A stretch of 64,000 nucleotides of DNA from Anaerolineae bacterium (GCA_019637635.1 JAHBVI010000004.1:6497-70496), one strand, 5' to 3'; shown: positions 38,557-48,607, counted from the first letter of the stretch. The notes: a model not told the origin generated them from the sequence alone. A program made the numbers and translations.

Positions 38557-39819
38557 ATGCGAATTGTCATGTTAACGCAATTTTACCCGCCTGTTTTAGG
38601 TGGGCTGGAGCGGCACGTCAAAGATTTGAGCGAGGCGCTGGCCGCGCGGGGACACGATGTGGCCGTCATCACCCTGCGGCAGGGTGGCTGGGGCCAGGAC
38701 ATGCCCGCCTACGAAGAGGTGCAGGGAGTGCGCCTGTATCGCATTCGCGGCACAGTGTCGCGGGCAGAAAAGCTATTGTTTGTGGATGAACGGCGCAGTT
38801 ATGCCCCTCCTTTTCCTGACCCGGAACTGGCGCTGGCTATCCGCCGCATTCTGGCCCAGGAAAAGCCGCACGTTGTCCACGCCCATAACTGGCTCTCCTT
38901 TTCCTATCTGCCACTCAAACGGTGGAGCAAGGCCAAACTGGTCATTACGCTGCACGAATTTGGTTTGAGTTGTGGCAAGTGGACGTTCATTCATCAAGAT
39001 GCTTTTTGCAGTGGCCCGGCGTGGGGAAAATGCTGGAGCTGCCTGAATGACCATTATGGCCTGGCCAAAGGCACGATGACCCACCTGGGGCAGCGCACCA
39101 TGCGCCGGGCACAAGATCGGCGCGTGGACATGTACGTGCCCGTCAGCCAGGCCGTAGCCGAAGGCAGCCAACTGGTGGGCAGCGGCCTGCCCTATGAGGT
39201 AGTGCCCAACTTCATCCCCGACCAGATCGCCGCGCCGCCACCTGATTGGGAAGCACAGTTGACACAGTTGCCAACCGATCCGTTTATGCTGTTTGTTGGT
39301 TCTTTTGGCAAGCAAAAGGGGATGGATGTGCTGCTGGAAGCCTACCGGGGATTAGAAGTGGCTGATTCCACAGAGCGCCCTGTGCCCCTCGTCCTTATTG
39401 GTTATGAACTCAGCGACTTCCCTCTATCGCAACTGGATATTCCGCCCCAGGTACATATCTTCAAGAACTGGCCAAACACGGCCGTGATGGAGGCATGGCG
39501 GCGCAGTCATATCGGCATTGTGCCCTCCAACTGGCCGGAACCCAGCCCCACCGTTGTCATGGAAGCGATGGTCGCCAGCGTGCCCGTCATTGCCAGCCGC
39601 GTCGGCGGCATTCCCGACATTGTGGCCGATGGCGAAACCGGTCTGCTGGTGCCGCCCGGCGACCCGGTTGCTTTACGCCAGGCCATGTCTCGGCTGCTGC
39701 AAGACCCGACCTTGCGCCAGCAAATGAGCGCCGCAGCCCGCCAGCGCGTCACCAACTTCCAGGCACACACCGTCGTTACCCGCATCGAAGGCATCTACCA
39801 ACAGCTTTGCCAATCATGA
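38557..39819 (+). CDS. GT4-family (GT-B, Glycos_transf_1) glycosyltransferase
   Basis: N-terminal MRIVMLTQFYPPVLGGLERHV and C-terminal EPSPTVVMEAMVASVPVIASRVGGIPDIV..GETGLLVPPGD (E-x7-E region). Confidence 0.8.
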   Translation: MRIVMLTQFYPPVLGGLERHVKDLSEALAARGHDVAVITLRQGGWGQDMPAYEEVQGVRLYRIRGTVSRAEKLLFVDERRSYAPPFPDPELALAIRRILAQEKPHVVHAHNWLSFSYLPLKRWSKAKLVITLHEFGLSCGKWTFIHQDAFCSGPAWGKCWSCLNDHYGLAKGTMTHLGQRTMRRAQDRRVDMYVPVSQAVAEGSQLVGSGLPYEVVPNFIPDQIAAPPPDWEAQLTQLPTDPFMLFVGSFGKQKGMDVLLEAYRGLEVADSTERPVPLVLIGYELSDFPLSQLDIPPQVHIFKNWPNTAVMEAWRRSHIGIVPSNWPEPSPTVVMEAMVASVPVIASRVGGIPDIVADGETGLLVPPGDPVALRQAMSRLLQDPTLRQQMSAAARQRVTNFQAHTVVTRIEGIYQQLCQS

Positions 39820-41732
39820 AAGACATCCTGGCGCATCCACGTCTGCACTGGCTGGAACTATGGGTATTTCCGCCACCGCTGGCAGCCCCCGCGCACGGCG
39901 ATTTGCCCTACGACGAAAGCGAAAACCAGAAGTGGGGTTGGGCGCCGGCCATCAGCTTTGCCGGGGCCGTTTGTTTGTTGGTGGTGGCCTGGGGTTTTAA
40001 TGGGGCGCGCCGCGACGATCCCTATTACGAACTGGTTTTCTGGCTGGGCATCTTGACCTTTTATGCCCTGATTGTCTGGCGGCTGATCTCGCCGCTGGCC
40101 TCGCGCCGTGAGCGGGTGGCGTTGGTGCTGCTGGCGGGCATCGGCCTGTACATGGTCAAGGTAATGCACAGCCCGCTTTACTTCACCTTCTACGACGAGC
40201 TACTGCATTACCGCACAGCCGCCAATCTCCTGGAAACGGGTTTTCACTTCCGGGAACACCCGCTGCTGCCTGTCAGCCCCCTGTACCCTGGCCTGGAAAA
40301 CATTGCCATCGCCCTGGTAAACCTGAGCGGCTTGAACATTTATTACGCGGGCATTATCACCATTTTGGTAGCGCGGGCGGTGTTTGTGCTGGTGCTGTTT
40401 CTCTTTTTTGAGAAAACGAGTGAATCGCCGCGTCTGGCGGGAATGGCTACGGTCATTTATGCCGCGAACCCACACTTTATCTTTTTTGACGCCCAATTTT
40501 CGTATGAATCGCTGGCGCTAGTTTTTGTGGTGATGGTGTTTTTGGGTATTCAATACCGGATGAGCCATCACAAGGACAAACCGCTGGGGTCTTCGCTGCT
40601 GATTATTTTTGGCATTTGCGCTACGCTGGTGACGCACCACGTCACCAGCTATTTTTTGCTGATCTGCCTGACGTTGTGGGCGGTGGTAGCCTACTTTTTT
40701 CCGTATGAGGGGCAAAGCCGGACGATGTTGTTTGGCACGGCCGTACTCGCTCTGGTGGCTATCCTGTCGTGGATGATGTACGTGGCCATCATCACCATTG
40801 ATTACCTGGTGCCGGTGTTGTCCGGCGCGGTGTTTGATTTGTTCAAGGTGTTGGTGCGCGACGAAACGGGGCGGCAGCTATTTTCGGCGCAGGGAGAAAA
40901 CGCGCTGCGGTTGTGGGAACGGGTTATTGTTTACAGCACAGCCCTGTCTATTTTGTTGGGGCTGATGCTGGGGGCCATTGTCATCTGGCGGGAGTATCGC
41001 AACCGGCCGACCTATCTCTTCCTGTGCATCATTGGCCTGCTGTATCCGGTCACGCAACTGCTCCGTTTTACGGAAAAAGGGCCGGAGATCGCTTCCCGCA
41101 TAGGCCCGTTTATGTTTTTTGGCATTGCCTTTGTGCTGGCGGTGAGCGCCGCCAAACTGTACCCTGCGGCGAACGTTTCCTGGGCGCGATGGCGGCATGT
41201 GGCGCTGACGGCCGTTATCGTCCTCATGTTTTGGGGCAACTTCCTGGTCAGCTTTCCCCGCTGGGCGTTAATGCCCGGCCCGTATCGGGCGGCAGCAGAT
41301 ACCCGCTCGGTGGAAGTGCAGGGGCTGGCGGCGACGGAATGGATACGCGACTATTTGGGGCCGGAACACCGGCTGGCGGCCGACCGCATCAATGGTTTGT
41401 TGCAGGTGGCTTACGGCCGTCAGTATCAGGTAACCGGCTCCTGGAATAACATCAACGTGCCCGGCGTCTTTCTGGACGTCCCATTCACCGAAGTGGAGTA
41501 CCGTACCCTCTGCGAAGGGCAGGCGGAGTATCTGATTGTAGATTATCGTTTTAATTCCCATCTGCCGTTGTTAGGCTTTTACTATGAAGACGCCGAAAGT
41601 GAATGGCCCTACACGGAACCGCTGGAAACGGCCGTGCTGGAAAAGTTCAGAGGGCGTGACGAATTCAGCCTGATTTACGATGGGGGCGATCTGGTCATTT
41701 ACCAGGTGGATTTGAGTAACTGTGACCGCTAA
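39816..41732 (+). CDS. large polytopic membrane protein (possible glycan polymerase / GT-C-like), function unknown
   Basis: ATGA overlap with the GT4 stop. About 12 hydrophobic helices followed by a soluble C-terminal domain. The listed ORF start (39495) is an out-of-frame overlap with the GT4 gene and was rejected. Confidence 0.55.
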   Translation: MKDILAHPRLHWLELWVFPPPLAAPAHGDLPYDESENQKWGWAPAISFAGAVCLLVVAWGFNGARRDDPYYELVFWLGILTFYALIVWRLISPLASRRERVALVLLAGIGLYMVKVMHSPLYFTFYDELLHYRTAANLLETGFHFREHPLLPVSPLYPGLENIAIALVNLSGLNIYYAGIITILVARAVFVLVLFLFFEKTSESPRLAGMATVIYAANPHFIFFDAQFSYESLALVFVVMVFLGIQYRMSHHKDKPLGSSLLIIFGICATLVTHHVTSYFLLICLTLWAVVAYFFPYEGQSRTMLFGTAVLALVAILSWMMYVAIITIDYLVPVLSGAVFDLFKVLVRDETGRQLFSAQGENALRLWERVIVYSTALSILLGLMLGAIVIWREYRNRPTYLFLCIIGLLYPVTQLLRFTEKGPEIASRIGPFMFFGIAFVLAVSAAKLYPAANVSWARWRHVALTAVIVLMFWGNFLVSFPRWALMPGPYRAAADTRSVEVQGLAATEWIRDYLGPEHRLAADRINGLLQVAYGRQYQVTGSWNNINVPGVFLDVPFTEVEYRTLCEGQAEYLIVDYRFNSHLPLLGFYYEDAESEWPYTEPLETAVLEKFRGRDEFSLIYDGGDLVIYQVDLSNCDR

Positions 41733-42492
41733 AGTAACCAACCGGCTGATCATGATATTGGTAACGGCCGTGCTGATGCTGCTGACCCTGCTGGAATGGG
41801 AACTCAGCGCCGTGCGGGTCTTATTTGCCGTCGCCCTGGTGGGCATCCTGCCCGGCTACGCCCTGACCACCGCCATATTCGTCAAATACCCGCTTGGTTT
41901 TGCCGAAAAGCTGGCCTTTAGCTGCGGCCTCAGTCTGGGGCTGGCGGCCGTTGGTGGGCTGCTGCTGCATTTCACACCCTGGGGTTTGCAGCCGGCCTCC
42001 TGGGTCATCTATCTGGGCGGCATCACCGTCGTCGCCAATGCCCTGGCGCTGGGGCGGATGCAGCAAACCACGCAGGTAGACCTGAGCGTCATTCACGTGC
42101 CGCTGCGCCTGCACCAACTGCTGCTCATGTTTCTGGCCGGCGTCGTGATCATGGGCGCATTTCTAACGGCCCGCGCCGGCGCCGAGAACCGGCCCGCGCC
42201 CCAGTTCACACAGTTATGGCTGCTGTGGGCCGATGATACCCAAAGTGAAGTCCAGCTAGGCATTCAAAACCAGGAAAATGGCGTCCGCCAATACCGGCTG
42301 GAATTAAGCACCCGCCAGGGACAAACGCAAGAATGGCCGGTGATTACGCTGGCTCCTGGCGAAACCTGGCAAATCACGTTCCCACCGCCGCCGGCCGTTG
42401 GCGAAACTGATTTTATTAAGGCCACCCTTTACCGGCTGGACGCGCCGCAAGAAATTTACCGTGAAGTCTATCTGCGGCGTATCGCCCGGTAG
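41722..42492 (+). CDS. membrane protein (DUF1616-like: N-terminal TM bundle + C-terminal beta domain)
   Basis: Four to five TM helices, then a soluble domain (QLWLLWADDTQSEVQLGIQNQE..YRLEL). Family assignment is from memory and tentative. Confidence 0.4.
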   Translation: MTAKVTNRLIMILVTAVLMLLTLLEWELSAVRVLFAVALVGILPGYALTTAIFVKYPLGFAEKLAFSCGLSLGLAAVGGLLLHFTPWGLQPASWVIYLGGITVVANALALGRMQQTTQVDLSVIHVPLRLHQLLLMFLAGVVIMGAFLTARAGAENRPAPQFTQLWLLWADDTQSEVQLGIQNQENGVRQYRLELSTRQGQTQEWPVITLAPGETWQITFPPPPAVGETDFIKATLYRLDAPQEIYREVYLRRIAR

Positions 42493-42506
42493 GAGAGAGT
42501 AATAAG

Positions 42507-43838
42507 ATGCCCACACGACTACACATGATGCTAACAAAGAATTGGTGGGTTGATATGTTGACCAGCAACCGGGTCATTTTGGTGAATGCCCTGTCGTTGG
42601 TAGGCACCCTGATGGTCACCTCCGGCCTGGGTTTTGCCTATTGGTGGGTAGTGGCGCGGCAGTTCACGGCCGCCGAAGCGGGGTTGGCAGCCGCGGCCGT
42701 TTCCGCCATGTTATTGCTCGGCACCATCGGTATGATGGGCATGGGCACTTTACTCATTGGCGAACTGCGCCGCCGTTCACAAATTGTGGTCTCGCTCATT
42801 ACGACGGCCCTGGTTATAGCCGGCGTAGCTTCTCTGCTGTTGGGGGCCGGTTTTGCCATTGTTTCCGCTTATTTTTCGGCCGACTTTGCCTTGCTCACAG
42901 CGTCCTGGAAAAATTTCCTGTTGTTTACGGCCGGGGTGGCCATCACGGGCATGGTCCTGGTGCTGGATCAGGCTATGTTGGGGCTGCTGCACGGAAGCTG
43001 GCAGTTGTGGCGTAATGCTGTTTTTGCCATCAGTAAACTCATCCTGCTCTTCCCCATTGCTACCTATTTCCGGCAAGCCGGGGCCATGGCGATTTATGCC
43101 GCCTGGTTTTCAGGCAATCTCGTGTCGCTGGTTTTTCTGGTATGGCTGGTGGGACGAAGGCGACTGCTGACGGCCAGCTACCGGCTGCGCTGGGATGTTT
43201 TCCGCGAACTGCGGGGCATGGCGCTGGCGCATCATATCCTTAATCTGTCCTTGCAAACGGTGCAGTTTGCCATGCCGGTCATTGTCACCATCATGTTATC
43301 GCCGGAGATAAACGCCAGTTTTTACGTGGCCTGGCTGGTAGCCAGCAGCCTGTTCATTGTGCCCACCTCCCTGACACAGGCGCTTTATGCCATCAGTTCG
43401 GCTGACGTCTCGATGCTGGCGCAAAAAATTCGCTTTACGCTGCGCGCTTCGGTAATGGGGGTAGTGGCTGCGGGGCTGGTTATTATGGTGGGCGCGGAGT
43501 TTATGCTGAACTTTTTTGACCCGGCTTATGGGGAAACGGCCGCGCTAAGCCTGCGGATTTTGCTGCTGGCGGCTTTACCCATCATTATTCGGGTACATTA
43601 TGTGGCCATTCGCCAGATCAGGCGCGAACTGAAACAGGCTGCGACGTTGTTTCTGGCGGCGGCTGTTTTGGAGTTGTCGCTGGCAATTACCGGGGCGGCT
43701 GTGGGTGGCCTGACGGGGCTGAGCGCCGGTTGGGTGCTGGCTATCTATCTGGAAGGGGTCTGGATGGCCCCGGCCGTGTACCGGGTGGCCGTGCAGGCGA
43801 AAACGCTCCCGCCGACTTCCGGGGAACCTGTTCACTGA
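42507..43838 (+). CDS. MOP/Wzx-type polysaccharide flippase
   Basis: About 12-14 TM helices, around 440 aa. Context of glycosyltransferases. Confidence 0.6.
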   Translation: MPTRLHMMLTKNWWVDMLTSNRVILVNALSLVGTLMVTSGLGFAYWWVVARQFTAAEAGLAAAAVSAMLLLGTIGMMGMGTLLIGELRRRSQIVVSLITTALVIAGVASLLLGAGFAIVSAYFSADFALLTASWKNFLLFTAGVAITGMVLVLDQAMLGLLHGSWQLWRNAVFAISKLILLFPIATYFRQAGAMAIYAAWFSGNLVSLVFLVWLVGRRRLLTASYRLRWDVFRELRGMALAHHILNLSLQTVQFAMPVIVTIMLSPEINASFYVAWLVASSLFIVPTSLTQALYAISSADVSMLAQKIRFTLRASVMGVVAAGLVIMVGAEFMLNFFDPAYGETAALSLRILLLAALPIIIRVHYVAIRQIRRELKQAATLFLAAAVLELSLAITGAAVGGLTGLSAGWVLAIYLEGVWMAPAVYRVAVQAKTLPPTSGEPVH

Positions 43839-43844
43839 GGCAGC

Positions 43845-44660
43845 ATGGCATTAGACCGCGTTGAAAGTTGGGTTGTGGCCGCGGCCGCCGGTTTGGTGGC
43901 TTTGTTGGCTGAGGTGCTGCTGATACAGTCGTTTGTCTTGTCGGGCATAACACTGTACAGCGTGCTGCTCATTTTGCTGCTGCTGTATGGCACTTTTCGC
44001 TGGCCGCATCCGCAGCACGAACTGCTGGTGCTGACCATCCCGGCTGTACTGCGACTGATGGCTTATACCTTACCCCTGGGCAACCTATCACCTCTGTTTG
44101 CACAATTGGTGGTGAGTGTCCCGGTAGGATTAACCGTCGTTACCTACAGATGGCTGTTGGAACAACAATGGCCTAAATGGCCCAGTTTTCGGATTGCCTG
44201 GCAGCAGTTTCCTCTCTATCTACTGCTGGTAGCGGCCGGCGCCGCGGGCGGCTGGTTGCTATACCAGTTCCAGCAGCCAGCGCTGCCGGGACCGGGCAGC
44301 CCCCTGCTCTGGCTCTTTTACGCTTTTGTGCTGGTGGCGGCGATGGCGTTTCTGGAAGAATGGTTGTTCCGGGGCATCATGCAAAACGCGCTGACCCGAC
44401 TATGGCACAATCGGTTTGTGGCCGGATTGGTAGTTGCCCTCATCTACACCACCCTCAGCCTGGGACAAGGCCCCTGGCCCTACATCCTGCTCATCTTTGT
44501 GATGGCGCTGGCGTTAAGCTGGTTGCGGCAGACCACCAACAATCTGGTGGGCGTCACCGTGGCCCATGCCGCTGCCAATCTGATGTTTTTTTTGATCTTA
44601 CCAGGCATGAGTAGCGCCAGCCTCCTGGCTCACTTGCTGGCCTTGGGGGTATTTGCATGA
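43845..44660 (+). CDS. CPBP-family (CAAX-protease-like) intramembrane glutamic endopeptidase
   Basis: Motif 1 EEWLFRG (EExxxR), motif 3 HAAAN (HxxxN), polytopic. Confidence 0.7.
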   Translation: MALDRVESWVVAAAAGLVALLAEVLLIQSFVLSGITLYSVLLILLLLYGTFRWPHPQHELLVLTIPAVLRLMAYTLPLGNLSPLFAQLVVSVPVGLTVVTYRWLLEQQWPKWPSFRIAWQQFPLYLLLVAAGAAGGWLLYQFQQPALPGPGSPLLWLFYAFVLVAAMAFLEEWLFRGIMQNALTRLWHNRFVAGLVVALIYTTLSLGQGPWPYILLIFVMALALSWLRQTTNNLVGVTVAHAAANLMFFLILPGMSSASLLAHLLALGVFA

Positions 44661-44890
44661 ACGTGTTGTTACCGCCGGCGGCGCTCACGGCCGTGCGTCA
44701 GGAAGAGCTGTACCTGTACTTGCAATTGATTGCGGTGTTTACACTGCTACTGCTGCTGATCGGCCGGGAACTAACCATCGGCCTGAAATTCCCCTATGCC
44801 CGCTGGCGGCGCGTGTCGCTGGTGGGCATTGTGCCCCTGCTCTTCGCCTTTCTACTTATTTTGATGTGGCATATCGTCCGCTCCATGTAG
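44657..44890 (+). CDS. small two-TM membrane protein, hypothetical
   Basis: ATGA overlap with the CPBP gene and two hydrophobic helices. Overlaps the convergent GT2 gene by 39 nt. Weak support. Confidence 0.3.
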   Translation: MNVLLPPAALTAVRQEELYLYLQLIAVFTLLLLLIGRELTIGLKFPYARWRRVSLVGIVPLLFAFLLILMWHIVRSM

Positions 44891-46201
44891 GTCTAGCTCG
44901 CGCTGGTGCAGCAGGCGGCGGGTCTGGCGGCGGCTTTTCAGGTAAGCGTACCCGCCGTAAAGCATCCCACGCAGTTCCAACCCATTCAAGTCGGCGGGAT
45001 ATTCGGCCTGCTTTTTGACATTCTTAAAGGATTGCGGACTGAGCAGCAGATAGAGACCATACGGAATGCGCAGCACAAAACCAGGGATGCGGCCGGGGTT
45101 ATCCCACATGGTTTTGGTGAGAAACGCGGCAAAGCCGACGCCATAGTTGTAAATTTGCTTTTGCAGGGCAGCGTATTCACGGCGGTGAATGTGCTGCAAA
45201 AAGGCAGTTGGTTCATAAACCAGTTGGTAGCCGGCAAACAATAGCTGCACATACATGGCCAGGTCGTCACCACAGGTGGTAATGGTGCCCGCACCCAGAG
45301 CCGGGTCAAAGTAGCCCACCTTTTCCAGGGCGCTTTTTTTGATGGACAGGTTGGCGCCGGTACCAAATAGTCCGGCAGAGAGGGGGTAAAACGGCCGTGC
45401 CGGTTTATACACCCCCATATCATAAATCTGCCGCTCGTACCCCTTGTTGAACCCACCCGACTGCTCAAACCAGAGCTGCTCCACCGTATCCAGTTCCGCC
45501 GGGATGGTCAGCCCATTCACGCCGCCCACATTGTCGCCCGCGGCAAAGCCACGCAGCACGCCAATCAGCCAATGCGGATCCACAATCACGTCATCATCGG
45601 TATTGGCGATGATCTCCCCCCGCGCCGCCATCGCCCCTGTATTCCGCGCCCAACACTGCCCCTGGTTTGGCTCCACCACATAGCGTATATGGGGCAGATG
45701 CCCATACTTTTCCTGCACCACGCGCCGGGTGGCATCGGTGCGCGGCGCATTATCCACCACCACCACCTCGTAATTTGGATAATCCAATGCCAACACCGAA
45801 TTCAGGCACACATCCAGCATAGACGGCCGTTCATGGGTGCAAATGACCACACTGATCAACGGTGGATTCTCCAACAAACGGGCCTGCTCTTGCTGGCACA
45901 ACGGTGGCTGCGAGTGAGAAATGCCCGTCAGGGGCAGTTCGCTCAGGCGCGGCCAGCCATCCTGCTCTAAATGCGTATTGATCGCCTGGCCCAGCGCCGC
46001 CCATATGGCCGGGGCATAATCCGTCGGCAGCAGCATTTCCGCCGTCATGGGCAGTTCCAGCAGCCCCAGGGGATGATTGTGCAGGCGCACCAATAGTTGC
46101 ACCGCGCCATAACGCAGCCCTTTGCCGGGGTCTACGGCCGTGATGGGGGGTAAGACAGAGCTTAACTCAATTTTCGTAACATAAATAGGTTGGAATGTCA
46201 T
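44852..46201 (-). CDS. GT2-family glycosyltransferase with an approximately 110-aa N-terminal extension
   Basis: ISVVICTHERP.., NTDDDV (DxD), QSGGFN... pattern. Confidence 0.75.
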   Translation of the reverse strand: MTFQPIYVTKIELSSVLPPITAVDPGKGLRYGAVQLLVRLHNHPLGLLELPMTAEMLLPTDYAPAIWAALGQAINTHLEQDGWPRLSELPLTGISHSQPPLCQQEQARLLENPPLISVVICTHERPSMLDVCLNSVLALDYPNYEVVVVDNAPRTDATRRVVQEKYGHLPHIRYVVEPNQGQCWARNTGAMAARGEIIANTDDDVIVDPHWLIGVLRGFAAGDNVGGVNGLTIPAELDTVEQLWFEQSGGFNKGYERQIYDMGVYKPARPFYPLSAGLFGTGANLSIKKSALEKVGYFDPALGAGTITTCGDDLAMYVQLLFAGYQLVYEPTAFLQHIHRREYAALQKQIYNYGVGFAAFLTKTMWDNPGRIPGFVLRIPYGLYLLLSPQSFKNVKKQAEYPADLNGLELRGMLYGGYAYLKSRRQTRRLLHQRELDLHGADDMPHQNK

Positions 46202-46324
46202 ATGCGGCTTATTTTCAGGTTAGCGTATAATGATGTTTCACCGAACGAATACTGGATAATACCCGAAATAAAGAGTATCGTCAGGAAATCTACCAGACTC
46301 CGTAGAGTTACAAGAGAGAAGAAT

Positions 46325-48589
46325 ATGCTAACTAAACTCCATTTTATTTCCATTTTTTGCCTGGCTTGTTTCTTTTTAAGTGGGAGCATTACCCCGGCTG
46401 TGGCCCAAGAACAAGGAATACCAGAGCAAGAAGTACCGGAAACAACCAGCCGGACATTTGCCGATTTAGGTTATGAGGACTTACGCTTAAAAGGTCTATA
46501 TGGCATTAGTTCGCTGTGGATTCCTTTCCAATCCGATTGGCCTATCGCCGATGACGTGCAATTTGAACTGACTTATACCGGCTCCCCGCTGCTAAACAGT
46601 AATGCCGCCATTATGACCATTCTGGCGAACAACCAGGAAGTAACCAGCTTTCGGCCGGTGGGCGACGGCCGTCCGCACACCATCACCTTCTCCGTGCCAC
46701 CCGGGCAACAACTGCCCGGCGGCATCAACCTCACCTTTGCCGGACATTTGCGGCTCACCGACGACCCCTGTGAAGACAGTTTTAACGTGGGCCAATGGCT
46801 CACCGTTCACAACAACAGCCGGGTCAACGCCAATCTGCTGCCCACCGCACCCACGCCGGAAATCACCGATTTACCCCAGGCAATTGTGGTACAGGGCAGC
46901 CAAAACCCACCACCCATCATCTTTGTGCTGCCGGAAAATGCGGACGATCAGACATTATCAACCGCCGCCCAGGTGGCCACTCGGTTAGGTGGCGGCCTCA
47001 CGGCCGATCACCTGCCCATCCGTGTGGCCACTGCCAACAGCCTGACCGACGCCAACAAAAGAAACGCCAACCTGGTGCTGATTGGTCTACCGGGCAACCA
47101 GCCCCTCATCCAGGAGTTGAGCAGCCTGATGCCGGTTCCCCCAACCGAGGCTGGTTTTGTGTCTCAAGATGGCGTACTTATCCCGTCTGGCGATGGCGTT
47201 ATCCAGATATTTCCCTCTCCCTGGCAGCCCCGCCATCATATCCTGCTCGTCAGCGGCAATGACGCCGCCGGACTGGCCAAAGCCGGGCAGGCTTTTGCCC
47301 ATCAACCCACGTTTGAATCCTTAACCGGCTCCTTCCATTTTGTGCGCGATCTGGTCAATCGGCCGGAGCCGCCCGTGCCCCCACCCTGGACAACGGCCCA
47401 AACGACCTTTACCCAATTGGGTGAAGTGGATCGTGAGGTGGTGGGGTTGGGGCTGACTGACAGTTCCTATTTTTTCCAATATCCACCGGGGACTATGCTG
47501 GCCGATAATGCCAAACTGGTGCTGCATCTGGCGTTTAGCCCGGCCTTACGCGCCCAGGGTTCTTATGCCGAGGTATACGTCAACGACATTTACGTGGGGG
47601 CGGTGGAAGCGGCCCGCGCGGGCGGCGGGGCCTGGGTCTCGTTAGATTTACCGGCACAGGCATTAAACGAGTTGATTCGCAACGGCCGTGCCCGCGAACT
47701 AAACGTCAAGCTCGCCATTGCCAATCTGCTGCCCGCCAATAACTGTGAACAGGTGAATGCGGAAAGCAGTTGGACCAAAATCTACGCCGATTCCTACTTC
47801 CAATTCGATTTTCTGCCGGTGGAGTTGCCCGACCTTTACCACTTCCCCTACCCGTTTGTAACGCCGGAGAACCATACGCCGGTACGCCTGGTTTTGCCCC
47901 AAACGCCCACCGTTGAAGAGCTGCAAACGGCGCTTTCCGTATCGGCACTGATGGGCAGCCAGGGCATAGCCGATTTGACGGTAGACGTGGTGCGGGGGAC
48001 GGCCGTTGATCTCGAAGCCCTTGCCGGCCATCACCTGGTTCTCATTGGCACCCCCTTTGACAACCCGGTGCTGCAAGAGACGATGGCCGGGCAGCAAACC
48101 AGTATGCCGGTGGAGGTATACCAGGTTTTAGGCACGCCAAACGCCGGGTTTTTCCATATGTTCACCTCGCCCTGGGATGAAACAATGAGTGCATTGGGCA
48201 TCTATGGGGAAATGGAACCCGGCTTTCAGGCAGCGGCCAATACGTTGTATGAACAGGGCCGGTTGGCGAGTGAATCTGGCTCCATTGCCCTGGCCCGCAC
48301 CGGGGAAGCGCCGGTCATCATTTACCGGGAAGCCGGATTGTCCGGCCCGCAGTTTGTTCAACCGGACATCATTCTGTCGGAATCCGGCCAACAGCCAGAC
48401 GCTGCCGCCGATCCCACGGCCACGGCCGTGACCGCCAGCGAATCCACATCCCCCACCAGCGAAACAGAAACGGATTCCGGTAACAGACTCACCAATACCG
48501 AACAACTCATTTTGATCATCACCGCCTTCCTCATCATTCTGGTAACGGTGGCAGCGCTGCTTCGTATCGCCTGGCGCATTCGGGCATAG
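46325..48589 (+). CDS. BcsB-like (cellulose-synthase regulatory subunit-like) periplasmic protein with a C-terminal TM anchor
   Basis: Signal peptide from ATG 46325. Two repeats of the pattern L.L.Y..SP.L....S...v..N......(C..D/E....W..i...S). Single C-terminal TM helix. Family call is from pattern memory only. Confidence 0.4.
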   Translation: MLTKLHFISIFCLACFFLSGSITPAVAQEQGIPEQEVPETTSRTFADLGYEDLRLKGLYGISSLWIPFQSDWPIADDVQFELTYTGSPLLNSNAAIMTILANNQEVTSFRPVGDGRPHTITFSVPPGQQLPGGINLTFAGHLRLTDDPCEDSFNVGQWLTVHNNSRVNANLLPTAPTPEITDLPQAIVVQGSQNPPPIIFVLPENADDQTLSTAAQVATRLGGGLTADHLPIRVATANSLTDANKRNANLVLIGLPGNQPLIQELSSLMPVPPTEAGFVSQDGVLIPSGDGVIQIFPSPWQPRHHILLVSGNDAAGLAKAGQAFAHQPTFESLTGSFHFVRDLVNRPEPPVPPPWTTAQTTFTQLGEVDREVVGLGLTDSSYFFQYPPGTMLADNAKLVLHLAFSPALRAQGSYAEVYVNDIYVGAVEAARAGGGAWVSLDLPAQALNELIRNGRARELNVKLAIANLLPANNCEQVNAESSWTKIYADSYFQFDFLPVELPDLYHFPYPFVTPENHTPVRLVLPQTPTVEELQTALSVSALMGSQGIADLTVDVVRGTAVDLEALAGHHLVLIGTPFDNPVLQETMAGQQTSMPVEVYQVLGTPNAGFFHMFTSPWDETMSALGIYGEMEPGFQAAANTLYEQGRLASESGSIALARTGEAPVIIYREAGLSGPQFVQPDIILSESGQQPDAAADPTATAVTASESTSPTSETETDSGNRLTNTEQLILIITAFLIILVTVAALLRIAWRIRA

Positions 48590-48607
48590 GTGGCCATTGG
48601 GTAAGTT

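Noticed and set aside
39495-39815. N-terminal 107-aa extension of the 745-aa ORF, and the similar extensions of ORFs at 49083, 7789, 21870, 37495, 46190, 56649 and 60075.
   Set aside because: The extensions overlap well-supported upstream genes or run through repeat arrays. Internal ATG/GTG starts with an RBS or ATGA coupling give proteins that begin at the conserved N-termini of their families.
46226-46231. A TATAAT hexamer upstream of the BcsB-like gene as a promoter -10 box.
   Set aside because: There is no convincing -35 at proper spacing, and the sigma-factor consensus for this lineage is unknown. A single hexamer match in an AT-rich spacer is not sufficient evidence.
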